DNA of 51,491 nt, filler included, from Sphacelaria rigidula (Eukaryota), in assembly GCA_964200075.2 (NCBI GenBank). It is 2 parts of 2 records of this genome, joined end to end, with 100 filler letters (N's around TTAATTAATTAA, not from the genome) between each part and the next. Parts side by side here need not be neighbours in the genome. Positions count along the whole stretch, not along the records: positions 1 to 25,724 come from CAXNAA020000157.1; 1 more part is not named here. One strand, written 5' to 3'. Within the stretch, counting starts at the first letter, position 1. Each line of letters opens with the position of its first letter. The notes under the pieces were generated by a model. The model did not search any database. It was not told the DNA's origin and worked only from the letters and a program-made list of their open reading frames with translations. Below, piece after piece: positions 1 to 11,964 of this stretch. The position numbers and the translations under genes are program-made.

Positions 1-627
1 GTTGGGGGGAGGCGGGGGCAATTGCCTAACCAGCATGGCCTGGCTTATCCATGGGGCCCCCCCCCCCCCCCCCCCCTCCCCTCCCCGTGATCCTCTTGGC
101 GATCGTGGGCGAGGAGCAAATAGTTGTAGCGGCCCTGTAGCGACTTCACCTTGGCATATCAGATCTGCTTTATCCTACTTTCCCCCGCGAGGATTACCAC
201 ACATGTATCTGCATGTTCTGTTGAAAACGGAACACGTGCCCACCCTACCTGGGATGACCCAAACGTTGTCATACTTGGGTTGATATACATTGACGAGGGC
301 CCGCGTTCTTGGTGAATGATGTTGTCATCTATGGAAGCCCCGATCTGAACCAGAGAGCGCCCGTAATTCTGCGGCGGTACGTATGTCACCATCGTCTGCG
401 GGAAACAGAATACAGTAGTCATCCACAAGCTGTTTTTGTTGCCATAGGTGGCGCAGGAGTCGCCCTACTGTCCCAGATGTTTCTGCGTCGGACAAGGCGC
501 TTTTGCGGTTTCCGAAGCAGTCGTCAAGTTTGCTTTCCAATTTCTTGGGGTACAGAGCGCGTTGGATTCGTCAGGTTGCGAGTTATAAATTTCATGCACG
601 AAACGGTGTGTTTGCTCCGTCGTGCAG

Positions 628-2442
628 GCCACTGAAGACCTACTCGCGTTTACGATCCGCACCACTAGCGGGGTAATTTGTGCTTCGCTGGAAGAAGATC
701 GTCTTGAGGTATCGTACACCACTCGAGTTGCCCCTGTTTTTCTTTTTCTTTTTTCGCTTGAATGGTTTCGCTCGGCGTTAGTCGGGGACGGTACGCCAAC
801 ATTGATTCGGCGGACCCAACTAGTACACTTTGGAGGTTTAGGTATAAAAGACGAAGATACGTTTCACGTTTCTTGTGTGACGAAATAACTTCTCCAAGGC
901 AGTACCGATTAGTAGCTGCTGTGCAGCCCTGACACGAAACTTTCTTTCAAGGTTTGCTCCTTGTCTGCCTTTCATATGTTTCAAGCTTAGGGCAGCACTG
1001 CTGCATTCTTACTCGCGAGGGTCGATGTACCCTTTTCCCCCGTTGGTAGGAATTGCATCTACCGCAAATGGTGGTGAACAACGAAGACCCGAAGGCAACA
1101 GCCTTTACGATCACAGTGGATGCGAAGGAAGGAATAAGCACAGGAATCAGTGCCGGTGACCGAGCACTCACGCTCCGCATGCTGGCCAATCCAGAGGTGA
1201 TTTCCCTCCTGTTTTCCATCGTACCGGCAGGCTTCACGTTCAGGCAGTATTTCCTGGCCGTGGTTGACTTTTCTAGCCTAATTTCGCTCCATGCGCTAGC
1301 AGAGAGCATGTGCTTCGTACTTTGATCGCCAGATCCCCCTTCCGCATTCCCGTGGCTTTCCAGAATCTGTCTGTGTACGTGTCTGTCGAACGCGCCCTTG
1401 TGTCGTCTGTGGTCGTGCTCATGCTTTCGTTCACGAAATGGTGCATGGCATTCGCATTGTGATGTCCTGATTTTTGCACCACGTCCAACTTGTGTACTGT
1501 CCTGGTTGCTCTCTTTTGTTGCCCGTTCAACATCAATTCGTGCGTGGCAGTCCACAGCAGACGAGTTCAATCGCCCAGGCCACATATTCCCACTGCGATA
1601 CACGGTGAGCTACCATTGCCAGGTTGGGACATGTGGATATCGCTTTGCCCTGTTGATGCCACTCGGAACCTGTGTATTGGAATTCAATGTTCATTGCGAG
1701 CGTGCGGCAACATTCCTTGTTCTTCGACTACTTGGCTCGATTACTGGTGCTCATCGTTTTCCCTTTTTCTTGTTTGTATACTTCGAACGGGTCGCGGCAG
1801 AGCGGAGGCGTGTTGAAGAGGGGAGGACATACGGAGGCTGCTGTTGACCTGGCTAGGTTGGCAGGCTTGAAGCCGGTGGGCGTACTGTGTGAGATAACGA
1901 CTAAAGACGGAAAGGGCATGGCGAGGTGAACGCTGGCGATTTTGTCGTGGCTGTGTTTTGCGGACAGACTAGACTATTGTGACTTTGTTTTTTGGGGATT
2001 TCTGTGTTCACGTTCAGAGCGTACTGTCTGTTGGCGTATTGTACCACGGTGAATACGCCCAGTTCGCGTGATGAAACATTAGTGTGACTGTACCGATGAG
2101 AGTGGCGTGCTATCGGCGGAACGCTATCGTCAGCTTTCTGTCAAGTATACCTAGTCATTTCTGTTGAGGGGCAGTCTTGTGCGCTGTCTAGAATTTTCCG
2201 TAGCATATTCACGTGTGTCCATCGTCGCCCGTGATTTGTCCAGTGCTCGAACGTGGCTTTAGTCCTCACGATTTGTGCCTTCTATTGCAATGTGCAGGTT
2301 GCCGGAGTTGCGTGAGTTTTGTGCGGAGCACGGGCTAGTGCTCACATCCATCCAGGACCTACGCTGCTTGATACGTGAAAGACAGCGGGCAGATGTGCTT
2401 GCAGGCGCTGACCCTTCGTTGTCTTGCATAGTAGCGCGGTAG
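628..2442 (+). CDS. ribB: 3,4-dihydroxy-2-butanone 4-phosphate (DHBP) synthase, 5'-partial, 5 exons in window
   Basis: Exons 628-708, 1050-1196, 1551-1604, 1801-1925 and 2298-2442 have GT-AG boundaries and splice in frame. Translation: [21 protein letters not shown]...[40 protein letters not shown]...[69 protein letters not shown]. These are the diagnostic DHBP synthase motifs (TGISAx[10 protein letters not shown], RxGHTEA). The N-terminal DDxDRENEGD exon is not seen and is presumably upstream of the window. Confidence 0.95.
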
Positions 2443-2747
2443 CCCGCGGCAGGTGTTACCCTTGTGTTTCCACGTTCTCCCCCGTGGTTTGCGGCACCTG
2501 CGCTTTCTGTACGTGGGTAGAGAAGTGTGGTGTTCGGTTTAGGTGGAGATATGGCGCCGCCAGTGCCTTCAGGGCTGTGGTCGGCTCTGTGCTTCGCGTG
2601 CTGATCTGTAACGGTATCATGTGGTGTATTTCGGTGAAAGATAGATTCATGAAGTTTTTATGATATGCAGTGGAAGAGGAAAGTTGGAGGACCTGACAGT
2701 CACGCCAGTTTGATGTCGAGAAAAGGGGTGCCACGTCATGTATTCCC

Positions 2748-2807
2748 CGAGCAGAAAAACTGCGAGCGGAAAAACTGCGAGCGGAAAAACTGCGAGCGGA
2801 AGAACTG
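2748..2807. repeat. 15-bp tandem repeat (GAAAAACTGCGAGCG) x~4
   Basis: Three exact copies at 2754-2798 plus partial flanking copies. Confidence 0.9.
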
Positions 2808-3319
2808 GTGGTGAGAAATATATAAAAGTGCCCTTCCCAGTTTTAGATTTGTGGGCAAGTGCAGGATTCGTGGGACTTCTCAGGGCATTGTTTGCGACAA
2901 CCGAGCGATTACATCGACTGCGTAAAGGTGATGGGAGGCGAACGGGTAGTTTGTATAACAGGCATACTTTTAGGAAGGGTACATATGTGGAACTTAGCCA
3001 GCAGAAACACTCACGCGCTTGATGACCATTATTTGCAGTACTTTCCCCAGTAGTGGACATAAGTTAACCGGTATACTATACACAACACAGTCGTGGACTT
3101 TTCCCTCCATCACTATCAATAGGGTAACTGGACACTAATAAAGGATCCTTGTACCTTATACGTTGTACATGAATGGCCTGTGAAAAACATCCATCACGCG
3201 TATAGAGATCAACCCGACACGAAGAAAATACAAAATATATATTACGTGTCTTCAATAGTACCAATTATTTTCATCGATCGAGGCTGAAATCCGAAATTTC
3301 CAAGGCTTGTCTCGGGGAA

Positions 3320-4050
3320 AAGTTCCGACGGGAAATTGCACGGCACGGGATAGCATTGAACGTCCCGTCCCGTCATTTTTGTGGCAACGAAAAAATTGTC
3401 CGATCGCGTCCCGACGCGACGGGGAAACGTCCCTGTCGCGTCTCGTTGTATGTGATGACGGGAAAAAGGTCCCGCCCGGTTTTCACGGGGAACTCCCGAT
3501 CATTTTCACGGAAATGCTCGCAGATTGGACGGGACGTCGACGGAACGAGATCACCTGTCCAGTCTGACGGGAACTTGAGAGTATCTGGATGTGGGAGTCT
3601 GTTTTTGATTTTTGGGCTCCGGTCACTTAGTACCACAATCAAACACTTCACACATTTCCGTCCGTAATCATGGCCTAGTAATAATAACCACGAGATTTAG
3701 GGATTGACGGGGACGGGATGGTACAATAAGTACCGTTCCCTGGAAGGTCACGGGATTGGTGGGACGGGATCGTGTCCCCGTTGCTGTCATGAGTCGACGC
3801 ATCTTTTGTCCGATGACGTAAGTCAAAACCGGCGATTGTTGTGCGTGACTGTGATCGTGTCCAAGTTTCACTGTGGTACTTCATCATGATCCCATCGTAC
3901 TTTTTCCGGAGAAGTCAGGCACATAGTCCCGTGAGCGTGCGACAGGGTTGGATAACAGGGGAATTTTCCCGGTAGAAGGGGAGGGGACAAGAATTTCCGT
4001 CCGGTGAGAGCAAATATTCATACCCCCTCCCGTTTTTGTTGACCGAGAGA
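3320..4050. repeat. Intergenic repeat element dense in GACGGGA/TCCCGTC motifs in both orientations (probable non-autonomous TE)
   Basis: Many (G/C)ACGGGA and TCCCG(T) motifs, e.g. cgtcccgtcccgtc at 3361, gacgggacgtcgacgg at 3528 and gacggggacggga at 3706. No credible ORF. Termini not resolved. Confidence 0.55.
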
Positions 4051-4709
4051 AACTGATGCTTTTTTGGCTCATCTACTACAGATAATGGTAACCCAGAGTG
4101 AGTCGAAATGTTTTCGCGCGAAGCGCGATTTTGACCCAGCGTTCGATAATCGCCACTCGGCAAAAATCGAGGACTCACCCGAAATCAGGGAAAACGTCGC
4201 ATTTCGGTGATGCGGGATTTTGGCGTCGGGTTTCCACTTGAAATAATATGCATCAGAGACCCAAAAAGCCTCTCGACGGTTTCCCTTGTATCGGTCGTAG
4301 GAAAGCTCGGATCATCCTCAAACTTGGCACTTTGGAAGAATGCTGGTGCTTGAAATGGGAAAAAAAATCGTCGAAGAATATTTCTTGAAGTATATCCGCG
4401 CTCTCTACCGGCTTGCAGGGGTCCCAGCATGAAGACCCCCAGAAGACGATGCAGATTAACTCACAAAAAAACTCGTCCTGAGCTTGTCCAAGGAAAGTTT
4501 GTACAAAGTATCGTTGCGTGAGTAAAAAAGCTGATTCCAAACGGTCGATGCAAGCTGAAGTCGATAATGACGCTAGAAAGCACCTGGGTGATAAATAAAG
4601 TGATGGATTGCTCAAAGAGCTCACTTCATCAGTCTTGAGCCTTGAAATACAGCTGACAAACAGGACGTCTTCAGCTCTGTGGCGGCATTACACGGGTGTA
4701 AATCATAGC

Positions 4710-7700
4710 ATGAGCAGGAAAATGCGAGGTAGGCACGTGGTGCCAGCAGCAGCTGTTGTTCTCTGTTTGACGTGGGGTCCTTGCGCGATTTTAGCCTTTG
4801 TACGACCACTCATACATCGGGATGTCAACGTAGGCCTACGGTTTAGTTCACAGCACGAAAGCGTCACCGAAAGTGCTACTACTGCTCCTGGAGTGCGGGT
4901 GTCAAGATCTGGCCTCTCTCCTGATTTGCAGTGGATCACAGATCCATGGGACAGAGGGGTCCTGTTCTCGGTGAAAGTGGACAGCATTGTTCACGATGCA
5001 AGGAGCAAGTTTCAGCGCATTCAGGTGCGGACCGCAGAACGGTACAGCGCTGATCATTCTGACTGTGCTATTAATACCTAACAATCACACCTTCAAAGAC
5101 ATGTATGTACAGCAAGTCACCGATCATCAGCAATGGGATCATGCGATTGCTATTAGACTATTGCTTTGTACAGTAATCTTCGGCAGTCACAAGAGAAATA
5201 GTTTAGAGAGAGGTGATGTAACCCTGGGATACTTTTTTTTGCGCCCAAAGAGTGTGTTGCTGGGGCCCGCCGTCGCGTTGGATGACGAAAATATCGACCG
5301 TGATTCATGAAACGCATCCCAGGACAAAGTGATTGGACCCAATTGGGCCGCGTCCGACCTGGAGTGTCGGATACTGTTGTATCGGGTGTCGCAATATCTT
5401 GGTAGATGTAGCAGATAAAAAACGATCGCACCTGCATACTCGGTTGCATCCTGCGCCATATCGTCACATGCCAGCGATTGCGCACGCAACCAAGGCAGCA
5501 TGCGCACAGAACACATATGCTCACTTGCGCTTGAGGTACGTGCATTCGCCGAAGATTCGCCCGCAATATCAGTCACTGCGACGGTGGTCTGCTGAAACCT
5601 ACTCACTTGTCCCATCTATCCGAAAGATCCCATTAACAGGCGGAAAATTCTGAGAAAGCATCGAGACTCGATTAGACATGATAGTATCTTACTCGCGTTG
5701 GACGTCAGTGGGTGCGAGCCATGGGCCTTGTTGCGACTGCGCTGGGGCAAATTCTCCTGCGCTCTGTTCTTGACTCGGGCAGTTGACGCAATTTTTTGTG
5801 AGCCGTTCCGGCCGGTAGTCAGCGCAGAGCATTGAGTATTTATTTGCGCCCTACTAAAAGTGCCGTGGACCATCAAGAGCATCAGGTACAACAGCAGCAT
5901 CATGATTGTAGTGCAGTAAATTCAGAACAGAACAGGTCATGGTTTTGATTGATCCCTCTGACAAACAGATTCGTTACGTCAGGTATTTGCGGGTAGAATA
6001 TTCCGCAAGTCGCGTGAAATATACTCGCAGCGTCCTATAAAACGCGACCGTCGTGTGGCAGTAGCGATGGCGTCGGTGAACCTCCGCTGTCGTGGCGAGG
6101 GTACAATGATGGCAGCGCCCGACGTTGTCTCATAATCTGCTTAAAAAAATTTGGTGCCCAACTATACTCGAAATTTTTGTCGCCTCTCGTCGAGTATTTT
6201 GTTTGACGTTTGCATGATTTTGCGTGCGATTTGCGGCGCAGAGGATGGTTGCACCCGGTTGTAACTAAACCTGTCACGACATGGGAGGTAGCGAGAACAA
6301 ATCACCGCGCGGTGTTTTAGAACAGCTGGACACCATAGTCATTGGCAGTTTCGAGGGTGCGCTCGCAGCCTCGGCGACAGAATGAAGCCTGATGCGTCCA
6401 ATTCGAACAGTGTGCTGTGAGATTCGGTGAAGTGAAGGGAATTCATCAAGCCGATTCAATTATCAATTATGAGTTAACGGATCTACATCACGTCATCCAG
6501 TCAAGCACACATATTGATATCGCGATGGAAGTCGCTGCGTCCGCGATGTTTGACACCGAGTTAGCACCCCAGCAGTGCAGCTGTAGATGTTGTTGGAATT
6601 TCCACTGAGCCGGATCCCTAGCACGCACGAGTGAGATTGATAGTCGGGTCCTGACGTATCCTGACTTTACTACGGGATCTGACACTGTATCCCTCACCAC
6701 TCTGACTGCCGCAGTACACGGTTAGCTGAAGCTTACCCCACGTTTACACGTCCACACCGTCTCCGCCATTAACATCTGTGAACCAGCCTTCAGTGTGCTA
6801 CGGTGTAGTGGGCCCCTAACAACTCTATGCTGCACGCGATGTGTGCAGTGTACACAGTCAGTGTTGACGGAAAGCTACGTGGTACTCGTACAGAGAAGAT
6901 TGGTTGTAGCACGAGTGATTTTGGCTGAGTATTGAGTTTGCCGCATTGCTCAAGCGACAACAGTTCCAAGTGTGACCCCAATGTTACGTGTGTGCTTCCT
7001 GGCATAACGAGACAGCTCGGTCCCTTCAAATTCCAAAAACGAGTTTCCCATTTGACATCTAGTCGGCTCACTTTTCCTGCAGCCAGCTCGTTCCTAGCTC
7101 TTCGAGCGTAGCCGCCACGACCCGTCGGTCTTACTGGCCACTCAAAGCTGAACAAAATCACGAGGCGCCCCCTCGAGTCTCTACAGCTAGGCGGCGCATC
7201 CACCAAGGAAAATTCCTACACTCGAATGGCGCGTCGGTTTTTTCCATGCTCATCACACGAGCACCCCTGAGCCACACGAGGCGTCGGTATTTCGACATGA
7301 ACAAGTTGACACAAAGAGAAGAGATTGGCGCTCGCTGATGTGATCTGGTTATATGTTACCCTGTATGATTTTGCTACCAAGTACATATCGTATGTACTTG
7401 CCTAGTGCATCGATGGCGGTGACCGGTTGTTGCTCGGATCCTCTTCTGCACCTCTCGCCGAACCCGTTGGGCGCCGGCCGACACATGGACGCCGGAATAT
7501 GACTCTCAATTTTCAAGTGAACGTGATGCCGATTCAACAGATGGACACATTCGGACAGCCAAAGAATCAACACCACATGTATTTTTTGTTCATTGTTGTC
7601 TCTTGTGCGTAAAGTAGGTGCTTGATACTCCGGCAATGGGTCGCATGCTGGTCCTTGACAACGCGCTGCAGTGCGCCGAGAGGGACGAGGCTGGATATCA

Positions 7701-10700
7701 CGAGATGATCACCCATGTTCCACTCTGCAGAAAAGGCGCCGCAGATCACGCGGAAAAGCGAGCTTTGGTCATCGGGGGGGGAGACGGCGGGGCAGCTAGA
7801 GAGATTCTACGGCACGAGGATATCGTAGCCGTGGATCTTGTCGACATCGACGCCGAGGTACGACAGGCAGTCCATGGGGTGAACATATCCTAGAGGGCGT
7901 TCCAATACCAGTTTTACTGTCTTGTTTGTCCAGGTGGTGGGCATAGCGCTTGATATAGTAGACAAAAAACTGCACTTTCGTCACAGAATTTACTTGTCAG
8001 CTCAGCACCAACATACTGTCACGATGGTAGCTGAACGCCAATGCTAGTAGAGCAGGAGAAGTGCGAAGGCCGCAGGGCCAGTGACTGTGAACTTCTGGTG
8101 AGAAGTGGTCACTGCTGCTCAGTCTCGTAAGATGTGTCGTTTATCCCTCGAGCCCCTGCACTGTGAAGATTTACTCCAAAGCCCGACTCACGATATGCTT
8201 ACTTGACGTTTGGTTTCTGTTGTACGCACGCGCAGGTGATGGCAGCATCGAAGAAATTTATTCCTGGCGTTTGGAGACACCCCAGTTCCACAGAAGATCT
8301 CCATGTGCCGCTCGAAAGCGATCCTCGACTCACGGTGCGCGCAGAGGACGGCGTTGCATTCCTCGCCGACGAAGATAGAGAAGGCTACGACCTGATTGTA
8401 GTCGATGCGAGCGACCCCGTCGGCCCCGGAGCAGCACTGTACAGCGACGACTTTTACGCGCTGCTGAGGCGTCGCCTCAAGCCCAAGGGCGCCGTGGCTG
8501 TCCAGGGGGGCTCGTTCTGGTACTTGCCGATGGTGTTTCGGACGGTTTTCCATGGGCTGAAGAAGGCGTTTCCGACAGTGCGACCGTTGCAGTGGTGGGT
8601 TTCTTAGCGTCCCATTTCGCGGACATCATTCATGTCATGTGCTTGTGCGTAGGTGGTGGGCCCGTTTGTTATGAGCGAGCGCTTGAGCTATCGTGTGGTT
8701 CGATGGGCGAAACTGGGCGGGGCTACGCCGTGTTTTTCTTGGTGAGCGAGAGCTGATACATCTTTTCGTTTGCTTTCGTACGGCGGAGGTCAATGTCTTA
8801 CGAGCTGCATGTTTAGGTTGAACCATTTAGTCGCGAAAATATTTCCGTACTCCTTTTTGCTGTTTGCAAAAGGAAAATGTTGGAATTGGGGTCGGCTCAA
8901 CTTTCCTCCTGCCGTACGATAGAGTATCTCAAGCGCCATCTGTTTTTTTCTCGTTCTTGTTTCCACCATGTCACGCCTCCATAACGCACAGTTTTACCGC
9001 GGTATATCCAGGTGGCGTGTGGAATCTACAGGTGGCAACACTGGGAGACGATCCACAAGAGGTTGACCTGAAAAAAGCGGAAGACTTGAGCAAGAGGTGA
9101 TATTTCTTACGAAGTTTTACTAGCGGAAAATGCGGAAATAGCGACAATAGCGAATACGTGTTTGAACGAAGAGAAAAAGACGCGCCCAAGCATTTGCGTT
9201 CGCGATTTTAGTGTACAGTGCCCACAGCACGTGCTCACTGTCGTCGCAAGGTCGAACTGTGCCGGAGCATGAGTGTGCTCAGGCATCGCAACAAACCCCA
9301 AGACGTTCATCTCTGCGCGGCCATGTGTCCCTCTCCCCTGGAAATACAGGCACTCTCTTATGTTGTATGATGGCTCTGGTCATCAGGCATCGTTTGTCTT
9401 GCCCCCTGTCGCTCTACGGGAGCTGGATAAGCCCCGCCCTTCGTTGAGAGATACAACTGCTGATCTTGAAGAGATAATGGCCTATGGCGAGGAGGAACAA
9501 CCCAATAACTCGATCGAGACGGGAATTTCAAGCAATCGGTGGGAACCTGACGTAAGTCTTGGTGCCCTTTTTCGGAGCGGTGCAAATGCATGCCAGGGCT
9601 TCGTATCTCTCGTTACTTTGGATCAGTGATGACTCGGGGATGTTGAAACTGTGACCATGAATACTTGCACGATATCGTATTCGATACGCTGGACCCATTC
9701 ATATCCAGAAACGAATCAATTATTTGCTTGAGACTGACGTTTTAGTACGTCTTATGTTTTCATATCGTCCTTCTGCTTTGGGATGGCGCTGTGTACGCAT
9801 ACGCAGGTTTGGCGATCCATCAGTCGCTTGGTGAGCGGCGATACTTCAACAGCCAGCGCTCAGGAGCAAGGACGCCCGCCAGTTGCAGCGTTCGATGCAG
9901 ACGGTACTCTATGGGATGGGGACGCCGCAGAGATCTTTTTGGCGTGGATGCAGGCAGGAAATCGCTGGAGCCAGCACGGAGACTTTGTCTCGAAGTGAGT
10001 TTCAAAGAACGCTCCCATTGTTTTTGGATGGCTGCTGTTGGATTATATTTAGATATGAACAAATATATACTCAACAAGATGAATGCTTGATTTGATTCAC
10101 CAGAGTCCTCTCGCTACAGTACCTTGACCAGGCGACTAGCCGTTTAGTAGAAGGTTACACATGTTTGTGAATCTTTGATATGGCAACACATGGCTGTACG
10201 CGACATCTGTGCGCTCGACTAGAGCCCTAAGAGCTGCAATCCGATTAGCTCAGCTCGTACCGCTTGTGTACGACACGACACAAGGATCGATAGTAGAATG
10301 TACTACTCACGACGGGAAAAACCTCTGCTGTGTGGTGGTGCTCACACAGTCTACCATTGTTCATCAGTCGAGGCGCGACCACGTTGCGTTTCCCTGTTCA
10401 GATACTACTCTTTGCTCGACGAGGGCAAAAAGAAAGTTGCGTACGGATACGTGGCTCAACTGTTCGACGGAATGGACCTAGCTGAGGTGGCTCGTCTTTG
10501 CGAGGAATGCTTCGAAGCCAACGTGGAGAATCTGGTGAGAACCTGCGAGTCGCGGAACCGAACACAACACGTGATCATTTTCTCCTCGACCAGAGATGTG
10601 ACTTTTTCTTCGACGGGGTCGTATGTGATGTTTTCTTTCGCGGTGCGGGGTCTGTAACATTCGTGATAACTTTGTCACTGCCATGCCCCAACTTGCCCGT

Positions 10701-11964
10701 TTCAGGATTTTTTTTGCGTACTGCAGCCCCAAACTCTGAAAGTCCGCCCGAAATGTTGCGTGAGTGTTGTACCTCTTTCGCTTGTCGCTCCCTTCGACCA
10801 CATAATTTAAGACTGCCTGCGCTTGAAACGTGCGTTGTGGCAGATTGTCCCTGAAATGAAGGAGTTGGTACAGAACTTGCGTGCTCGAGGGTGGTGTGTG
10901 GTGATTGTTTCTGCCAGCCCCAAGTGGATCGTGGAGCCTGGGGCTCGCCGGTTAGGTCTTGACCCGAAAGATGTCATCGGCGTCGAGGTGCGCCGTCGCT
11001 GATAATATGTTGCCGTTGGAATATGTCCGTCTACAGTTTTTTTCAGAGGTGCGTTACTTCGTAATGACCACCTCGTGCTGCTCGCGTTGATTGCCATTTC
11101 CATTTTGAAGACTTGCCCTACTGCAATGGTTGACTCTGGGTACATTTTTGTGCGGGATGGAGCTGAAGAGCTGGGAAGAGGCGCACCCAGGCGCACTCTA
11201 GGGTGCGTGTAAGTGTATCCTGTGACGTTGATGGGGATGTCCACGTTCCCATTGTTTTGCCAATCGACTGCCCACTGCAGGTCGAGACGTCAGGACAACA
11301 GGCCACTTCCGTTCTCCGACATCCCATGCCACTCCGAGAGGGCAAGGTCGAGTTGTTGAAGGTCAGTGATGAGAGCCGATACGTCCACTACGTGATTTTT
11401 TCCTCCCGTGATGAAGCCCACGGATCCCCGTGGATTGAAGGAGTAGAGAAGGACATGTAGAGCTAGGAGCAGCGGGCACCCGGCACGCTTCAGTGGTGTG
11501 CGTCTTTGGTGCGACGCTTTCGAAACCGAGACGAGAGTTCTTCTCGAGCAAGACGCACGTATTTCAATTGCGTGTACGCGGGTGTTGACAGAATGGTGTA
11601 GGTGTTGGCACTAGGAGAATGCACGCGTTCTACAAATGGTGTACGTATTGACACTACAAGGATGCACGCTTTCTGCGACGCACGTGGAAGGACCCTACCT
11701 GTTTTCCGACGATCGATCACTAGGCTTTTTCCCCACGTGTACGAAGAACACCCACCCACCCGTTGTTGAAATGTTGTCGCAAATACTGATTAGATGGCAT
11801 TCGGCGAAGGGCCGTCTTTTGCGGCTGGAAATTCCCTGGACGACGGCGCGATGCTCGGTTATGCTCGAGGTCTAGCGCTCGTGACGAATCCGAGCTCGTC
11901 GGAGTTGGAGGCTCTTGCGCTCGAAAAGGGCTGGAGCGTTCACCATCTGCGGCAACAGCAGTAA
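4710..11964 (+). CDS. Spermidine-synthase-family aminopropyltransferase fused to a C-terminal HAD-superfamily phosphatase; probable plastid-targeted precursor, 645 aa, 10 exons
   Basis: Exons 4710-5024, 7618-7857, 8236-8594, 8992-9096, 9350-9551, 9807-9994, 10402-10534, 10844-10987, 11281-11361 and 11794-11964 total 1938 nt, with GT-AG boundaries and no internal stop. Aminopropyltransferase motifs: SKFQRIQV, GRMLVLDNALQ, DEAGYHEMITH, ALVIGGGDGG, VDID, DGVAFL, YDLIVVDASDP, LKPKG, VYPGG. HAD motifs: AAFDADGTLW (I), VIVSASP (II), EGK (III), AAGNSLDD (IV). The N-terminus is hydrophobic (VVPAAAVVLCLTWGPCAILA/FVRP). Confidence 0.9.

Noticed and set aside
947-1603. 218-aa minus-strand ORF (and the similar 16954-17571 + ORF)
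   Set aside because: These are antisense shadows of real exons and introns of ribB and the aldolase.
3038-3055. CACTA-like terminus on the minus strand (CACTACTGGGGAAAGTAC)
   Set aside because: No matching opposite terminus was found in the window.
6600-6735. Possible tRNA-derived SINE or tRNA in the long first intron
   Set aside because: Only vague A/B-box resemblance and no cloverleaf could be drawn.
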